Assembly: GCA_016744675.1 (NCBI GenBank)
Contig: JADGDX010000008.1
Span: 26,821-90,820, forward strand
Direction: 5' to 3'
DNA: 64,000 nt
Source of the DNA: Desulfuromusa sp.
Lineage (GTDB): Bacteria > Desulfobacterota > Desulfuromonadia > Desulfuromonadales > Geopsychrobacteraceae
Shown here: one piece after another, positions 9,765 through 19,030 of the stretch
Layout of the letters: each line of letters starts with the position of its first letter
Numbering within the stretch: position 1 is the first letter of the stretch
Notes under the pieces: model-generated
Seen by the model: only the letters and a program-made list of their open reading frames with translations
Told to the model about the DNA's origin: nothing
The model's database searches: none
Position numbers and translations under genes: made by a program

Positions 9765-11111
9765 TTACATTCTCATCGGATCACTCTTATACCCCAGAGC
9801 TTCCCAATTCATCCGACCATCATCACCATGACAATCGAGACAACCTAAAGCTTCATTGGCGGGTGCGACCATATGATCGATACGCCAGTGCATGGTTGTT
9901 TGCGCAAAATCATACTCGCCACTATAGGGAAGACCGCTTGCTTCCATCCCTATCTTGATGGAACGCTCCCAGTCAGCAGTTGTCCAGAAACCATCATCAC
10001 CATAGATATGGTTAGTGATAAAATAGTTGTTCTTGCTATCATAAACCTGCTTACCAGTATGGATCTTAAAAGGATGAATTTTAGCGGTGTTATCCGCAAT
10101 GTCACCCAAAGGGTAAGCCATTTTTGTCGGTACTGTTGGGTCAATTATATCTCCAACAAGATGAACACTTGCTTTGCCATTAAACCAGGCATAAGAGGGT
10201 TCAACATTTTTCACCCAAGTTTGGGTTCCAACAGACTTTTTATATCTCACAGTTTTACCATCAACACCGGCAGGAACAATGTCGCGACCGGCTGTTGACC
10301 AGTCCCAGTCCATCTGCGTTGCATCTTCTTTTGCAAAAACTGGAATATGACACGTCTGACAAGCAACTTTTGCAACGTGCGCATTCAGGCGCGATTCCGC
10401 ATGGGGATCGGCCTCATGACATTGCGTACAGGCGATCGCTTTGTAGCCATCAGCAGCCGTTGGTAAGTTTGCCCCGGAGATGTAATGGTTCTGTGTGACG
10501 TGGCAGGTCTGACACTGAAAATCGTTACTATCGGCATCCATATGAACGTCAACAGAGCGCTCAGGGTAATCGAGGACGAGACCGATATCACCATGCTTTG
10601 CGTTGTTTCCGCCACCACCGAGAGCATGGCAGGAGTTACAATTTTGACGCACGGGCATACCAACATTACGCGCTACTGTAGCCAACTTGACATGATCTGT
10701 CGGCCAACCTGAGTTATCGCCATCCTTATGATAAGTTCCAGTGGTATCATGACAAATCAGACAATCAACGCGGGTCTTATCGGAAAAATCGAAAGATTGA
10801 TCCGACCAACCATAGCCTGCGTGACATTCACTACAGTGAACTTCATTACTGACAATGGTACTACAGTAATTGTTGATAGCATTGATTTTACCAAGTTGAA
10901 CTTCTTTACCGTTAACAACTTGTGTCCGCGACCATGTCCAGTGAGGAGTTAACATAAAGTCAGTCGCTTCATCTTCGTGGCACTCCAGACAGACTTTTGT
11001 CACTTCACTTCCATCAGCGAAAGGACCTTTGATAAATTTACTATGATCAACAGCATGTGAGGTTAGAGACAGAGAGAGCAAGCCGACAACAATCAACAAT
11101 ATTTTATTCAT
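9765..11111 (-). CDS. Octaheme c-type cytochrome, tetrathionate reductase (OTR) family
   Basis: Eight CXXCH motifs: CLECH, CSECH, CLICH, CNSCH, CQTCH, CTQCH, CQTCH, CLDCH. About 450 aa with a signal peptide. The probable start is Met8 of the track ORF (MNKILLI), which follows gaagg. Confidence 0.82.
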   Translation of the reverse strand: MNKILLIVVGLLSLSLTSHAVDHSKFIKGPFADGSEVTKVCLECHEDEATDFMLTPHWTWSRTQVVNGKEVQLGKINAINNYCSTIVSNEVHCSECHAGYGWSDQSFDFSDKTRVDCLICHDTTGTYHKDGDNSGWPTDHVKLATVARNVGMPVRQNCNSCHALGGGGNNAKHGDIGLVLDYPERSVDVHMDADSNDFQCQTCHVTQNHYISGANLPTAADGYKAIACTQCHEADPHAESRLNAHVAKVACQTCHIPVFAKEDATQMDWDWSTAGRDIVPAGVDGKTVRYKKSVGTQTWVKNVEPSYAWFNGKASVHLVGDIIDPTVPTKMAYPLGDIADNTAKIHPFKIHTGKQVYDSKNNYFITNHIYGDDGFWTTADWERSIKIGMEASGLPYSGEYDFAQTTMHWRIDHMVAPANEALGCLDCHGDDGRMNWEALGYKSDPMRM

Positions 11112-11162
11112 ATCTACCTTCACCCTATTCATTAAAACATCAGTATTATTAAATGTTTTCTC

Positions 11163-11200
11163 TAAAACAAAGGGGAGAAACCCAGCGAGCTCTCCCCTTT
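11163..11200 (-). terminator. Hairpin/terminator between the porin-like gene and the octaheme cytochrome gene
   Basis: On the minus strand: aaaggggaga, a 12-nt loop, tctccccttt, then gtttta. Confidence 0.5.
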
Positions 11201-11225
11201 ATAGCGTTAAACGACATTGAAATGA

Positions 11226-12851
11226 TTAGAACTTCATCGTAATCTTGGCATATGCATCCCAAGCCGTATCAACAACTGGCAGAAGTGAATATGCGGTACC
11301 ATCCATGATATCATCAATTTTCTTTGGCTCACCAACCGGAGAACCGCTACCAGAATATTCATAGTCGTAGTAGAGGCCACCAACTTTGATAAAAGCATTC
11401 GGGTTAATATCAAATATGTAATAAGCTTCAACAACATGGCCACGGGTTGACAGCTTACTACCGAGCAGGTCATCTTGAGCTTGAGTAAATGGAGTCCAGT
11501 ATTCAGAGCCATAGTTGTACTCCAAGCCAAACTTACCCATTGGTGCAGGAGTGCGGATACCCACATAGACACCATAACCATCCTGCGTGTCATCATTTTG
11601 TGCACCAGTAGGGCTAACCCCTATCATATTACCACCACCGTCAAAAACCGGCTCATAAACCATATCATTTCCCATACCACCAAACATCCCAGCATTACCA
11701 TTAGAATCAAGCTGAGTCCAACCAACGGAACCAAACCAGACAAAACCATTGTCTTCCTCGCGAGTGAAACCTATCTGGGCTAGGTTGATGTCACCAATCA
11801 CAGTGCTTGGGGTATATCGAACATTGAAGTTCATATTGGGGAATTCAGCAGTATCCTGCGATATATAAGTAGTAAACATATCGACAAATGCATCTGGGAA
11901 AGCAAATTCACCTTTAAAACCATCGACCACGTCTTGAGCACGAAACAAGGTCATTTGAACGAAGGTTTGGCCATCATTGAACAGATCAATATTGAAACCA
12001 CCCAGATGGGTATCTTCAAGGTTGTCATTAATATCACTGTTAATCAGAGAACCATTTCCCCAGTCAGACTCAAATCCTTGCCCATAACAGAAGCGGATTG
12101 TCTGACCCTCTATCCCAGTAATTTTATCGAGGTGGTAACCAATTGTTAAACCATCAAAGTTGAAATCAACCAGATGACCGGATGGAGTTCCGCCACGTAA
12201 TTCATTAACTCGAAAATTGGATGGAGGGCCATATGTAGAAGGACGACGGCCAATTGAAAAATAGATGTCACTACCACCAATATCTTTCCAGTTAAAGAAA
12301 GCACGCTCAACTTTTAACAAATCACCAGAGGTTTTACCACTACTGGTTCCATCCATGGCAAAAGCATCCCAAGAATCAAAAACATTAGTTGAGGTTGAAT
12401 CTCCCCAATTTTTGTACATGGCCAAACGCCCAGAAAAGTTCATGTTGCTGGCGATATCGGCCTTCATATTTAAACGAAGACGAGTAGTGTACATCAGATC
12501 ATTATCGATATCCCTTTTTTCTAGAGGGAAAAATGGGGTGCCAGTATTCGGATTGATCATGGGCATTTCCACAACAGGATTACCTGGCATAGGCATCCGT
12601 ACCTTCATCCCGGGACTGAATACGACATTTTTGTAATGAAGAGAATCAACCGTATTCCGTAAATCCCCAGTAAAGCTGATCCGGTCCATCGCAGTATGCT
12701 TTTCTGGCCCTTCAAGGCGATCAGACAGGTCATCAAGCTCTTCGAGAATATCGGCGATTTGAGCTTGCAATTCTTCAACTGTCGGATCGGCAAACACCGT
12801 TGCAGGGATTGTCAGTAAAACAGCCAGAAGTAAAACTAAAAATCTGTTCAT
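11226..12851 (-). CDS. Putative outer-membrane beta-barrel/porin with an N-terminal coiled coil (DUF3373-like, recalled from memory)
   Basis: Signal peptide (LLAVLLTIPATVFA), then a coiled segment (VEELQAQIADILEELDDLSDRLE). The rest is long and Gly/Asp/Tyr/Phe-rich, ending in KITMKF (terminal Phe). AGGAGG lies 9 nt upstream of ATG 12851. Confidence 0.6.
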   Translation of the reverse strand: MNRFLVLLLAVLLTIPATVFADPTVEELQAQIADILEELDDLSDRLEGPEKHTAMDRISFTGDLRNTVDSLHYKNVVFSPGMKVRMPMPGNPVVEMPMINPNTGTPFFPLEKRDIDNDLMYTTRLRLNMKADIASNMNFSGRLAMYKNWGDSTSTNVFDSWDAFAMDGTSSGKTSGDLLKVERAFFNWKDIGGSDIYFSIGRRPSTYGPPSNFRVNELRGGTPSGHLVDFNFDGLTIGYHLDKITGIEGQTIRFCYGQGFESDWGNGSLINSDINDNLEDTHLGGFNIDLFNDGQTFVQMTLFRAQDVVDGFKGEFAFPDAFVDMFTTYISQDTAEFPNMNFNVRYTPSTVIGDINLAQIGFTREEDNGFVWFGSVGWTQLDSNGNAGMFGGMGNDMVYEPVFDGGGNMIGVSPTGAQNDDTQDGYGVYVGIRTPAPMGKFGLEYNYGSEYWTPFTQAQDDLLGSKLSTRGHVVEAYYIFDINPNAFIKVGGLYYDYEYSGSGSPVGEPKKIDDIMDGTAYSLLPVVDTAWDAYAKITMKF

Positions 12852-12898
12852 CAAGTATTTCCTCCTAATAAGAATTATTTATGTGGCAGGGCAACAAA

Positions 12899-13225
12899 CT
12901 AACCGCAAGTCTCTGGTGAAGGAGAATCGGCTGCTTTGTCAAAGAGAAACTGATGGATGTCTTTGAGATCTTTTTTAGAGAGATCTTTCATCACGCTACC
13001 GGAATGCTTCTTTGCCTTCTTTTTGAAGTAGCGATCCCATTGCGCCATGGTCTTCGACATTGGATTCAACTCTTCGGCTTCACCACCAGCGTTATGACAG
13101 CTTTTACAGTTATTTTTGAAAAGATGCTTTCCTTTGCGCGAGTTACCACCTTCGACAGCCAGAACACTGGTTGCAGTAAATGCCATAAGAATAAGTCCTA
13201 CCATTAACAGCTTTTTCATTTTCAT
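12899..13225 (-). CDS. Small monoheme c-type cytochrome (secreted)
   Basis: Single CKSCH motif and a signal peptide MKMKKLLMVGLILMAFTATSVLA. RBS aaggag lies upstream of the ATG at 13225. Confidence 0.8.
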   Translation of the reverse strand: MKMKKLLMVGLILMAFTATSVLAVEGGNSRKGKHLFKNNCKSCHNAGGEAEELNPMSKTMAQWDRYFKKKAKKHSGSVMKDLSKKDLKDIHQFLFDKAADSPSPETCG

Positions 13226-13666
13226 CCCCGATCTCCTTGTTAGTAATGACGACGCCAATGGGCGCCTTGTTTATCGAACTAGTCAAGATTACAATGTCTA
13301 CTATCACCTATAAGTTCAGCTTACAAGTCATTTTTAGACCATTATGTGGAATAAATAGCCATATAAGGATCTTATACGCCCATAAGTGACCGGTGATTAT
13401 ATATTTCAATCGCTATATTGATATGTTACGACTATACAAACAATGAAAAAACTAAATTCTATTTAACGGCTCTTTGTTGTTTATCCATCCGAACCCTTTC
13501 TCATAAAACCTCAATAACCACCTAACAAATAAGCATATCTTATAAACACATCAAGGATTCTTATTATTACAAATATTGTATATAATATCGGATTCATCCC
13601 CTTCTTCTGGACTTCATTGATCGAATAATATAGCCTCAGAAGAAACTAACATTTGGAGGTAAAACC

Positions 13667-14269
13667 GTGATCAAACTTGACTATAGCCAACACCAATGCC
13701 CCTATCCTGTCGTAGAAACCCGCAAGCAAATTCTCTCCAATCCGGGTCAAGCTCTTGAAGTTCAAGTTGGCGATAAAGCAGGACGTGATAACGTGTCTCG
13801 ACTTGCAGAAAAAATGGGTTATCAAGCTTCGGTAAAAAGCGCTGGAGATAACTTTAAAATCGAATTGACTCCTTTGAATCACGCACCAGAGACAACCCAA
13901 AAAGCCGAACAGCAAAATGGACCGATAAGCTCGGGCGAAACTGTCATCTATTGCGGCAGTGATCGCATGGGAGATGGCGACAACGAGTTCGGTCAGATCC
14001 TGATGAGGAATTTCCTCACCACACTGCTTGAAATGAATCCACTTCCAGACACGATTCTTTTCGTTAATAGCGGCATACATCTCACCACAGAAGGGTCGAC
14101 AGTCCTTGAAGCGTTAGAGGCACTAGAAACACGCGACGTTGATATTGCTAGTTGCGGACTTTGCCTTGATTTTTATCAGAAAAAAGACAAGTTAAAAGTT
14201 GGCAGGACAACCAATATGTTTGAGATGGTTGAAGTTCAATGCCAGGCGGATCGGGTTATCTGTCCGTAA
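13667..14269 (+). CDS. yedF: YedF-type sulfurtransferase-like selenium metabolism protein (TusA/SirA-like N-domain plus DsrE-like C-domain)
   Basis: 200 aa with a GTG start after ggagg. N-terminal CPYP motif as in the TusA fold. The C-terminal half has FVNSGI...SCGLCLDFY. Length and architecture match the ~200-aa YedF family as I recall it. Confidence 0.72.
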   Translation: MIKLDYSQHQCPYPVVETRKQILSNPGQALEVQVGDKAGRDNVSRLAEKMGYQASVKSAGDNFKIELTPLNHAPETTQKAEQQNGPISSGETVIYCGSDRMGDGDNEFGQILMRNFLTTLLEMNPLPDTILFVNSGIHLTTEGSTVLEALEALETRDVDIASCGLCLDFYQKKDKLKVGRTTNMFEMVEVQCQADRVICP

Positions 14270-14367
14270 AGCCAAATATTTCGTAGAAGATCAAGAACAC
14301 CAAGACAATCACCATCACCTGTAATAGTTTTTCTGATGTCCTGTTCGCTAGAGATTTTGGAGATACA

Positions 14368-15876
14368 ATGCTCACACAGCGTCACAGCGGGGTTTTACTC
14401 CACCCAACTTCCCTTCCGGGACATCAAGCGATCGGCTCGTTAGGGCCTGAAGCGTATGCGTTTGTTGATTTCCTCAGAGATGCTGGGCAATCTGTTTGGC
14501 AGATGCTCCCTCTCGGGCCAACTGGCTACGGCAATTGCCCCTACAGCAGCTTTTCAGCTTTTGCTGGCAACCCCTTGCTGATTAACCTTCAACTTTTAGC
14601 GAAAAGCGGCGATCTCTCTGAAGCGGATCTCCCGATACCATTCCCAGATTCTGCAGTTGCCGATTTTAATATGGGGATAGAAGTTCAATACCCCCTCCTT
14701 CATAAAGCCTGTGATCATTTCAAACAAGTAAAAGGGACAGCTCGACACAATGATTTTGAACATTTCTGCTCGACTCAAGCTTACTGGTTGAATGACTATG
14801 CTTTTTTTCAAGCGATGCGCAAAAACCAAAACGATAAAGGTTGGCAGCATTGGCCAGAAGAGATTAAACAGCGTCAGCAATCGGCCCTACAGTCATGGGG
14901 AGATCAGCTCCATCACGATATTTACTGGCATAAATATCTTCAGTTTATCTTTTTCGAACAATGGAACAATCTAAAACAATACGCTCACCACAACAACATC
15001 CTGCTCTTTGGCGATCTGCCAATTTTTGTTGCCGAAGACTCAGCTGATGTTTGGGCCAATCGCGAGCTTTTTTTTCTAGACGAGAACGATCAAGCAACAC
15101 TTGTGGCTGGGGTTCCCCCCGACTATTTCAGTAAAACTGGGCAACGTTGGGGGAATCCACTCTATCGTTGGGACAGGATGGCAGAAAATAATTTTTCTTG
15201 GTGGCAAGCTCGTTTTCGTTGGAACCTTGAATTATTCGATCTGCTTCGTGTCGACCATTTTCGTGGGTTTTCAGCCTGCTGGGCGATTCCTTCCGCCGAA
15301 ACAACAGCTGAAAATGGTTCATGGCTTGACGCACCGGGTGAAGAACTCTTCTCACAGCTCCGAGAAGAACTCGGGGCCCTTCCCATTATCGCCGAAGATT
15401 TGGGAATTATTACTCCAGATGTTGAAAAGTTACGCGATCAATTTGGCTTTCCCGGGATGAAGATTCTTCAGTTTGCTTTTGATTCAGGTCCAGATAACCC
15501 TTACCTGCCAGCGAACCATTCAGAAAACTCTGTTATTTACACCGGGACACATGACAACAACACCAGCCTTGGGTGGTGGCGTTCTCTGAGCACCGAATCA
15601 AAGCAAAAGGTCAGGGATGCTCTGCATAACCCGTGCAAAAACATGCCATGGCCACTGATTGAAACAACTTTGTCCAGCATTGCTAAGTTAGCAATCGTCC
15701 CCTTACAGGATATTCTTGCTCTCCCCTCAGCTCACCGCATGAATGTCCCGGGAACAGCAACGGGTAATTGGCAATGGCGCTTTGACAAAGACGCTCTTTC
15801 ACCCGAAATCATTGAGAAATTAAAAACCATATCACATCTGTACGGACGCAATCTGTGCAATCCCACAGAAATTTAA
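14368..15876 (+). CDS. malQ: 4-alpha-glucanotransferase (amylomaltase)
   Basis: 502 aa. The N-terminus (RHSGVLLHPTSLPG...GSLGPEAY.F.DFL) and the internal motifs LRVDHFRGF and YTGTHDN are typical of GH77 MalQ. Confidence 0.93.
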   Translation: MLTQRHSGVLLHPTSLPGHQAIGSLGPEAYAFVDFLRDAGQSVWQMLPLGPTGYGNCPYSSFSAFAGNPLLINLQLLAKSGDLSEADLPIPFPDSAVADFNMGIEVQYPLLHKACDHFKQVKGTARHNDFEHFCSTQAYWLNDYAFFQAMRKNQNDKGWQHWPEEIKQRQQSALQSWGDQLHHDIYWHKYLQFIFFEQWNNLKQYAHHNNILLFGDLPIFVAEDSADVWANRELFFLDENDQATLVAGVPPDYFSKTGQRWGNPLYRWDRMAENNFSWWQARFRWNLELFDLLRVDHFRGFSACWAIPSAETTAENGSWLDAPGEELFSQLREELGALPIIAEDLGIITPDVEKLRDQFGFPGMKILQFAFDSGPDNPYLPANHSENSVIYTGTHDNNTSLGWWRSLSTESKQKVRDALHNPCKNMPWPLIETTLSSIAKLAIVPLQDILALPSAHRMNVPGTATGNWQWRFDKDALSPEIIEKLKTISHLYGRNLCNPTEI

Positions 15877-16011
15877 GCTGAAGCTCAATCCTCTTGTCTG
15901 AATTTCAAAACCCGTGCTAGTTTACAAAATTACAAATCGAGTCATAAATAGCTTTCGGTGAGACGTAGTCAAATCAACCTCTCCGACAACATCAATATCT
16001 GGAGGAAAACA

Positions 16012-16845
16012 GTGAAAAAACTTACTATTTTAATCATCTTGATTTTTACAATTGCCCCGTTGGTCGCCTGCAGTCAAAAAGAAGAGCCGGCGCAACCCGC
16101 AGCACAGACAACACCAGCTCCAGCACCTGAGCCTACGGACTCAAGTCCAGAACCAGCACCTGCAGCTGCTCCTGCTGGAATTTCAGGAAACGTTGTCGAA
16201 ACGATGAATGCTGCTGGATATACCTATGTTTATGTTGATAACGGAACTGAAAAAGTCTGGGCAGCTGCTCCTGAGTTTTCGGTTGAAGTTGGCGACGAAG
16301 TTATGGTTCCAGAAGGTATGGCCATGCACAACTACCATAGCCAGACCCTAGAGCGCGATTTTGATGTCGTCTATTTTGTTGAATCAGTTCTGAATGCCAG
16401 TAACCCATCAATGGGCGGATCTGGCATGGGAATGATGGGAGCAGCAGGGAATGCCGGCGACATGCAAATGCCTGAAGGACACCCTTCTATTAGCGGAGAA
16501 GCTGCCCCAGCAGAAGTTGACTTGACAAACATTGAAAAAGCGACCGAAGGATTAACCGTTGGTGAGATTTATGCTGACAAAGAGAATCTTTCTGGAAAGC
16601 CTGTCACATTGCGCGGCAAGGTTGTCAAATTCAGCCCTCAAATTATGGGAACAAACTGGATTCACCTTCAAGATGGAAGTGGTGATCAAGCTGCAAAAAC
16701 TCATGACCTGACGATTACCAGCAGTGTTCAAGTTGCTGTTGGAGACACTATTGTTGCCAGTGGAACGCTGACTCTCGATAAAGACTTTGGTTACGGTTAC
16801 AAATATGATCTAATTATGGAAGATGCGACTGTTACAGTCGAATAA
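16012..16845 (+). CDS. Lipoprotein of unknown function with a Pro/Ala-rich tether, two small beta-rich domains and a Met/His-rich linker
   Basis: GTG at 16012 follows ggagg. Lipobox LVAC. Linker MGGSGMGMMGAAGNAGDMQMPEGHP. I recognise no enzyme motif. Confidence 0.6.
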   Translation: MKKLTILIILIFTIAPLVACSQKEEPAQPAAQTTPAPAPEPTDSSPEPAPAAAPAGISGNVVETMNAAGYTYVYVDNGTEKVWAAAPEFSVEVGDEVMVPEGMAMHNYHSQTLERDFDVVYFVESVLNASNPSMGGSGMGMMGAAGNAGDMQMPEGHPSISGEAAPAEVDLTNIEKATEGLTVGEIYADKENLSGKPVTLRGKVVKFSPQIMGTNWIHLQDGSGDQAAKTHDLTITSSVQVAVGDTIVASGTLTLDKDFGYGYKYDLIMEDATVTVE

Positions 16846-16877
16846 CAATTCCCCTTCCAGCTTAATTTCTCAAAAAA

Positions 16878-16907
16878 GGCCTCTGATGTTTTCAGAGGCC
16901 TTTTTTT
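16878..16907 (+). terminator. Rho-independent terminator
   Basis: ggcctctga-tgttt-tcagaggcc stem followed by T7. Confidence 0.85.
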
Positions 16908-17088
16908 GTGCTCACCCTCTAAACATTATTAAATTTAAATTATTAATTGACAATAAATACAAACTAATCTACATTGTACCATGTAATTATTCTTATTTTC
17001 AGAGGGGGATTTCTATAGCAGAATAGCTACATATGTTTATCAACTCCCCAAAGTACACAACTAAAACAGCAATAACAATGAGGGTCCT

Positions 17089-18903
17089 ATGAGTTTCGGA
17101 AATTTAAAAATCAGTACTAAAATTTATCTAGTTATCGCGATGATCATTCTGATCTTCACCTTAGCAATCAGTTGGGTTTACACCGGCTACCGAAGCCAAA
17201 TTTATGCAACTGCCGAACTAAAGCTTCAGGCGGCCACAGGAACCGCTGTCGGGATTGTTGATCATTTCAGCAATCTCGTCGTTGATGGTTCAATGACGAC
17301 AGAACAAGCCCAGTCATTTGCTAAAGGCACAATCAAAGACTTGCGTCTCTCAGAGGGAAAACTCTATTTTTGGATCAATGATACTCAGCCTAAAATGATT
17401 ATGCATCCAATAAAACCGGCACTAGATGGGAAAGACCTATCTAAATCTGCTGATCCAAATGGCAAACATTTGTTTATTGAGATGGTCAAAGAAACTCAAA
17501 AAACAGGATCAGGATTTGTCAATTACATGTGGGCAAAACCTGGCAAAGAGACACCACAGCCAAAGCTCTCGTTTGTTAAAAGAAGTAAAAATTGGAATTG
17601 GATTATTGGTTGCGGTGTTTATATTGATGACCTAGAAGCAAAAATCAACAAAGCTTTTTATACTATCCTGATTATTGTTTTACTAACCATCTTCATCTCT
17701 GGCGTTATTGCGTATTTACTCTCTCGCTCAATTGCCGGCCCAATGAGACAAGCAGTCAACATGTTTGGAGAAGTAGAGAAAGGACATCTGTCTGGTCGTC
17801 TCAACTTTACTAGAAGTGATGAAGTGGGTCAGATGACACAAGCCATGGATAGATTTGCCGATGACATGCAGCATGAAGTGATTGGTTCATTACAAAAACT
17901 ATCTGACGGCAATTTAAATATGAACCTTGTTGCACGAGACAGTCAGGACGAAATTCGTGGTGCCTTTAACAAGCTGGAAGACGATCTCAATGAAGTAATG
18001 GCAGCAATTCAGAATGCTGGACAGCAAATAACGGCAAATAGTTCAAGTGTCAGCGATTTTTCACAGTCACTATCACATAGCGCAACGACATCCGCTGCCT
18101 CACTAGAAGAGATATCTTCGTCCTTGAGTGAGTTGTCTAGTCAAACTAAACACAATGCTGAAAATGCAAACCAAGTGAATACTCTATCCAGTGAAGCGAA
18201 ACAAGCAACAGAAGAAGGTAAAGCGAGGATGGCACAGATGATCTCTGCTATGGGCGAGATCAGTGAAGCAGGACAAAGCATTAACAAAATCATCAAAGTT
18301 ATTGATGAAATTGCCTTCCAGACCAACCTTCTGGCCCTTAATGCTGCTGTTGAAGCGGCACGTGCTGGACAACACGGGAAAGGCTTTGCGGTCGTAGCAG
18401 AAGAAGTTCGTAACCTTGCAGCGCGTAGCGCAAAGGCCGCCAGTGAAACAGCTCAGCTAATTGAAGGCTCTGTCGAAAAAACCAGTAATGGATCAAGAAT
18501 CGCGAATCAAACGGCTGAATCACTTGAAACTATTATTGGTGGCGTTTCAAAGGTTTCAGACCTCGCCGAAGAAATTGCATCAGCATCCAATGAACAAGCC
18601 TCTGGCATTGGTCAAATCAATCAGGGGCTTGGTCAGATCGATCAAGCAATTCAACAGAACACAGCAACAGCGGAAGAAAGTGCAGCAGCCGCTGAAGAGT
18701 TATCCAGTCAAGCGGCTGAACTTCTCAATATGCTAAAGCGCTTTCAGCTAAAGGGAAATCATCAGCAGCAAGCAAATTACCAACCGCAAAACGCTTCTTA
18801 CACACCGGCAGCTCAAAACGCTCCTATGAACAATAATGAGTGGGGTGGCGTTGCTGCACAACAAGCGATCGCTTTAGATGATGATGAATTTGGCAAGTTC
18901 TAA
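17089..18903 (+). CDS. Methyl-accepting chemotaxis protein with a periplasmic single-Cache-type sensor, HAMP and MA domains
   Basis: 604 aa. N-terminal TM helix, Cache-like [14 protein letters not shown]...[11 protein letters not shown], and a second TM helix. The highly conserved signalling hairpin reads [40 protein letters not shown]. Confidence 0.93.
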   Translation: MSFGNLKISTKIYLVIAMIILIFTLAISWVYTGYRSQIYATAELKLQAATGTAVGIVDHFSNLVVDGSMTTEQAQSFAKGTIKDLRLSEGKLYFWINDTQPKMIMHPIKPALDGKDLSKSADPNGKHLFIEMVKETQKTGSGFVNYMWAKPGKETPQPKLSFVKRSKNWNWIIGCGVYIDDLEAKINKAFYTILIIVLLTIFISGVIAYLLSRSIAGPMRQAVNMFGEVEKGHLSGRLNFTRSDEVGQMTQAMDRFADDMQHEVIGSLQKLSDGNLNMNLVARDSQDEIRGAFNKLEDDLNEVMAAIQNAGQQITANSSSVSDFSQSLSHSATTSAASLEEISSSLSELSSQTKHNAENANQVNTLSSEAKQATEEGKARMAQMISAMGEISEAGQSINKIIKVIDEIAFQTNLLALNAAVEAARAGQHGKGFAVVAEEVRNLAARSAKAASETAQLIEGSVEKTSNGSRIANQTAESLETIIGGVSKVSDLAEEIASASNEQASGIGQINQGLGQIDQAIQQNTATAEESAAAAEELSSQAAELLNMLKRFQLKGNHQQQANYQPQNASYTPAAQNAPMNNNEWGGVAAQQAIALDDDEFGKF

Positions 18904-18928
18904 CTCATTGCCCAATTAATTAAAAAAA

Positions 18929-18961
18929 GAAGCCCGATTATCTCACCAATAATTGGGCTTC
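18929..18961. terminator. Bidirectional terminator between the MCP (+) and uvrC (-) genes
   Basis: 12-bp stem gaagcccgatta/taattgggcttc (one G-U pair). An A-run lies upstream and a T-rich stretch downstream. Confidence 0.7.
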
Positions 18962-19030
18962 TTTAATTATACCGAAGCGGAATCTCTGTAACTCCAAAAT
19001 GAAACATTCCCCAAAGAGGAACTTTGACCC

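Noticed and set aside
13646-14080. 144-aa minus-strand ORF
   Set aside because: It is fully antisense to the well-supported yedF-type gene and has no recognisable motifs, so it is a shadow ORF. The same reasoning applies to 5828-6298, 6314-6688, 54172-54612, 62481-62897, 35368-35865 and the other antisense track ORFs inside confidently called genes.
16823-17026. 67-aa ORF in the AT-rich spacer upstream of the chemoreceptor gene
   Set aside because: It spans the strong terminator at 16878-16907 and promoter-like AT-rich DNA. It has no RBS.
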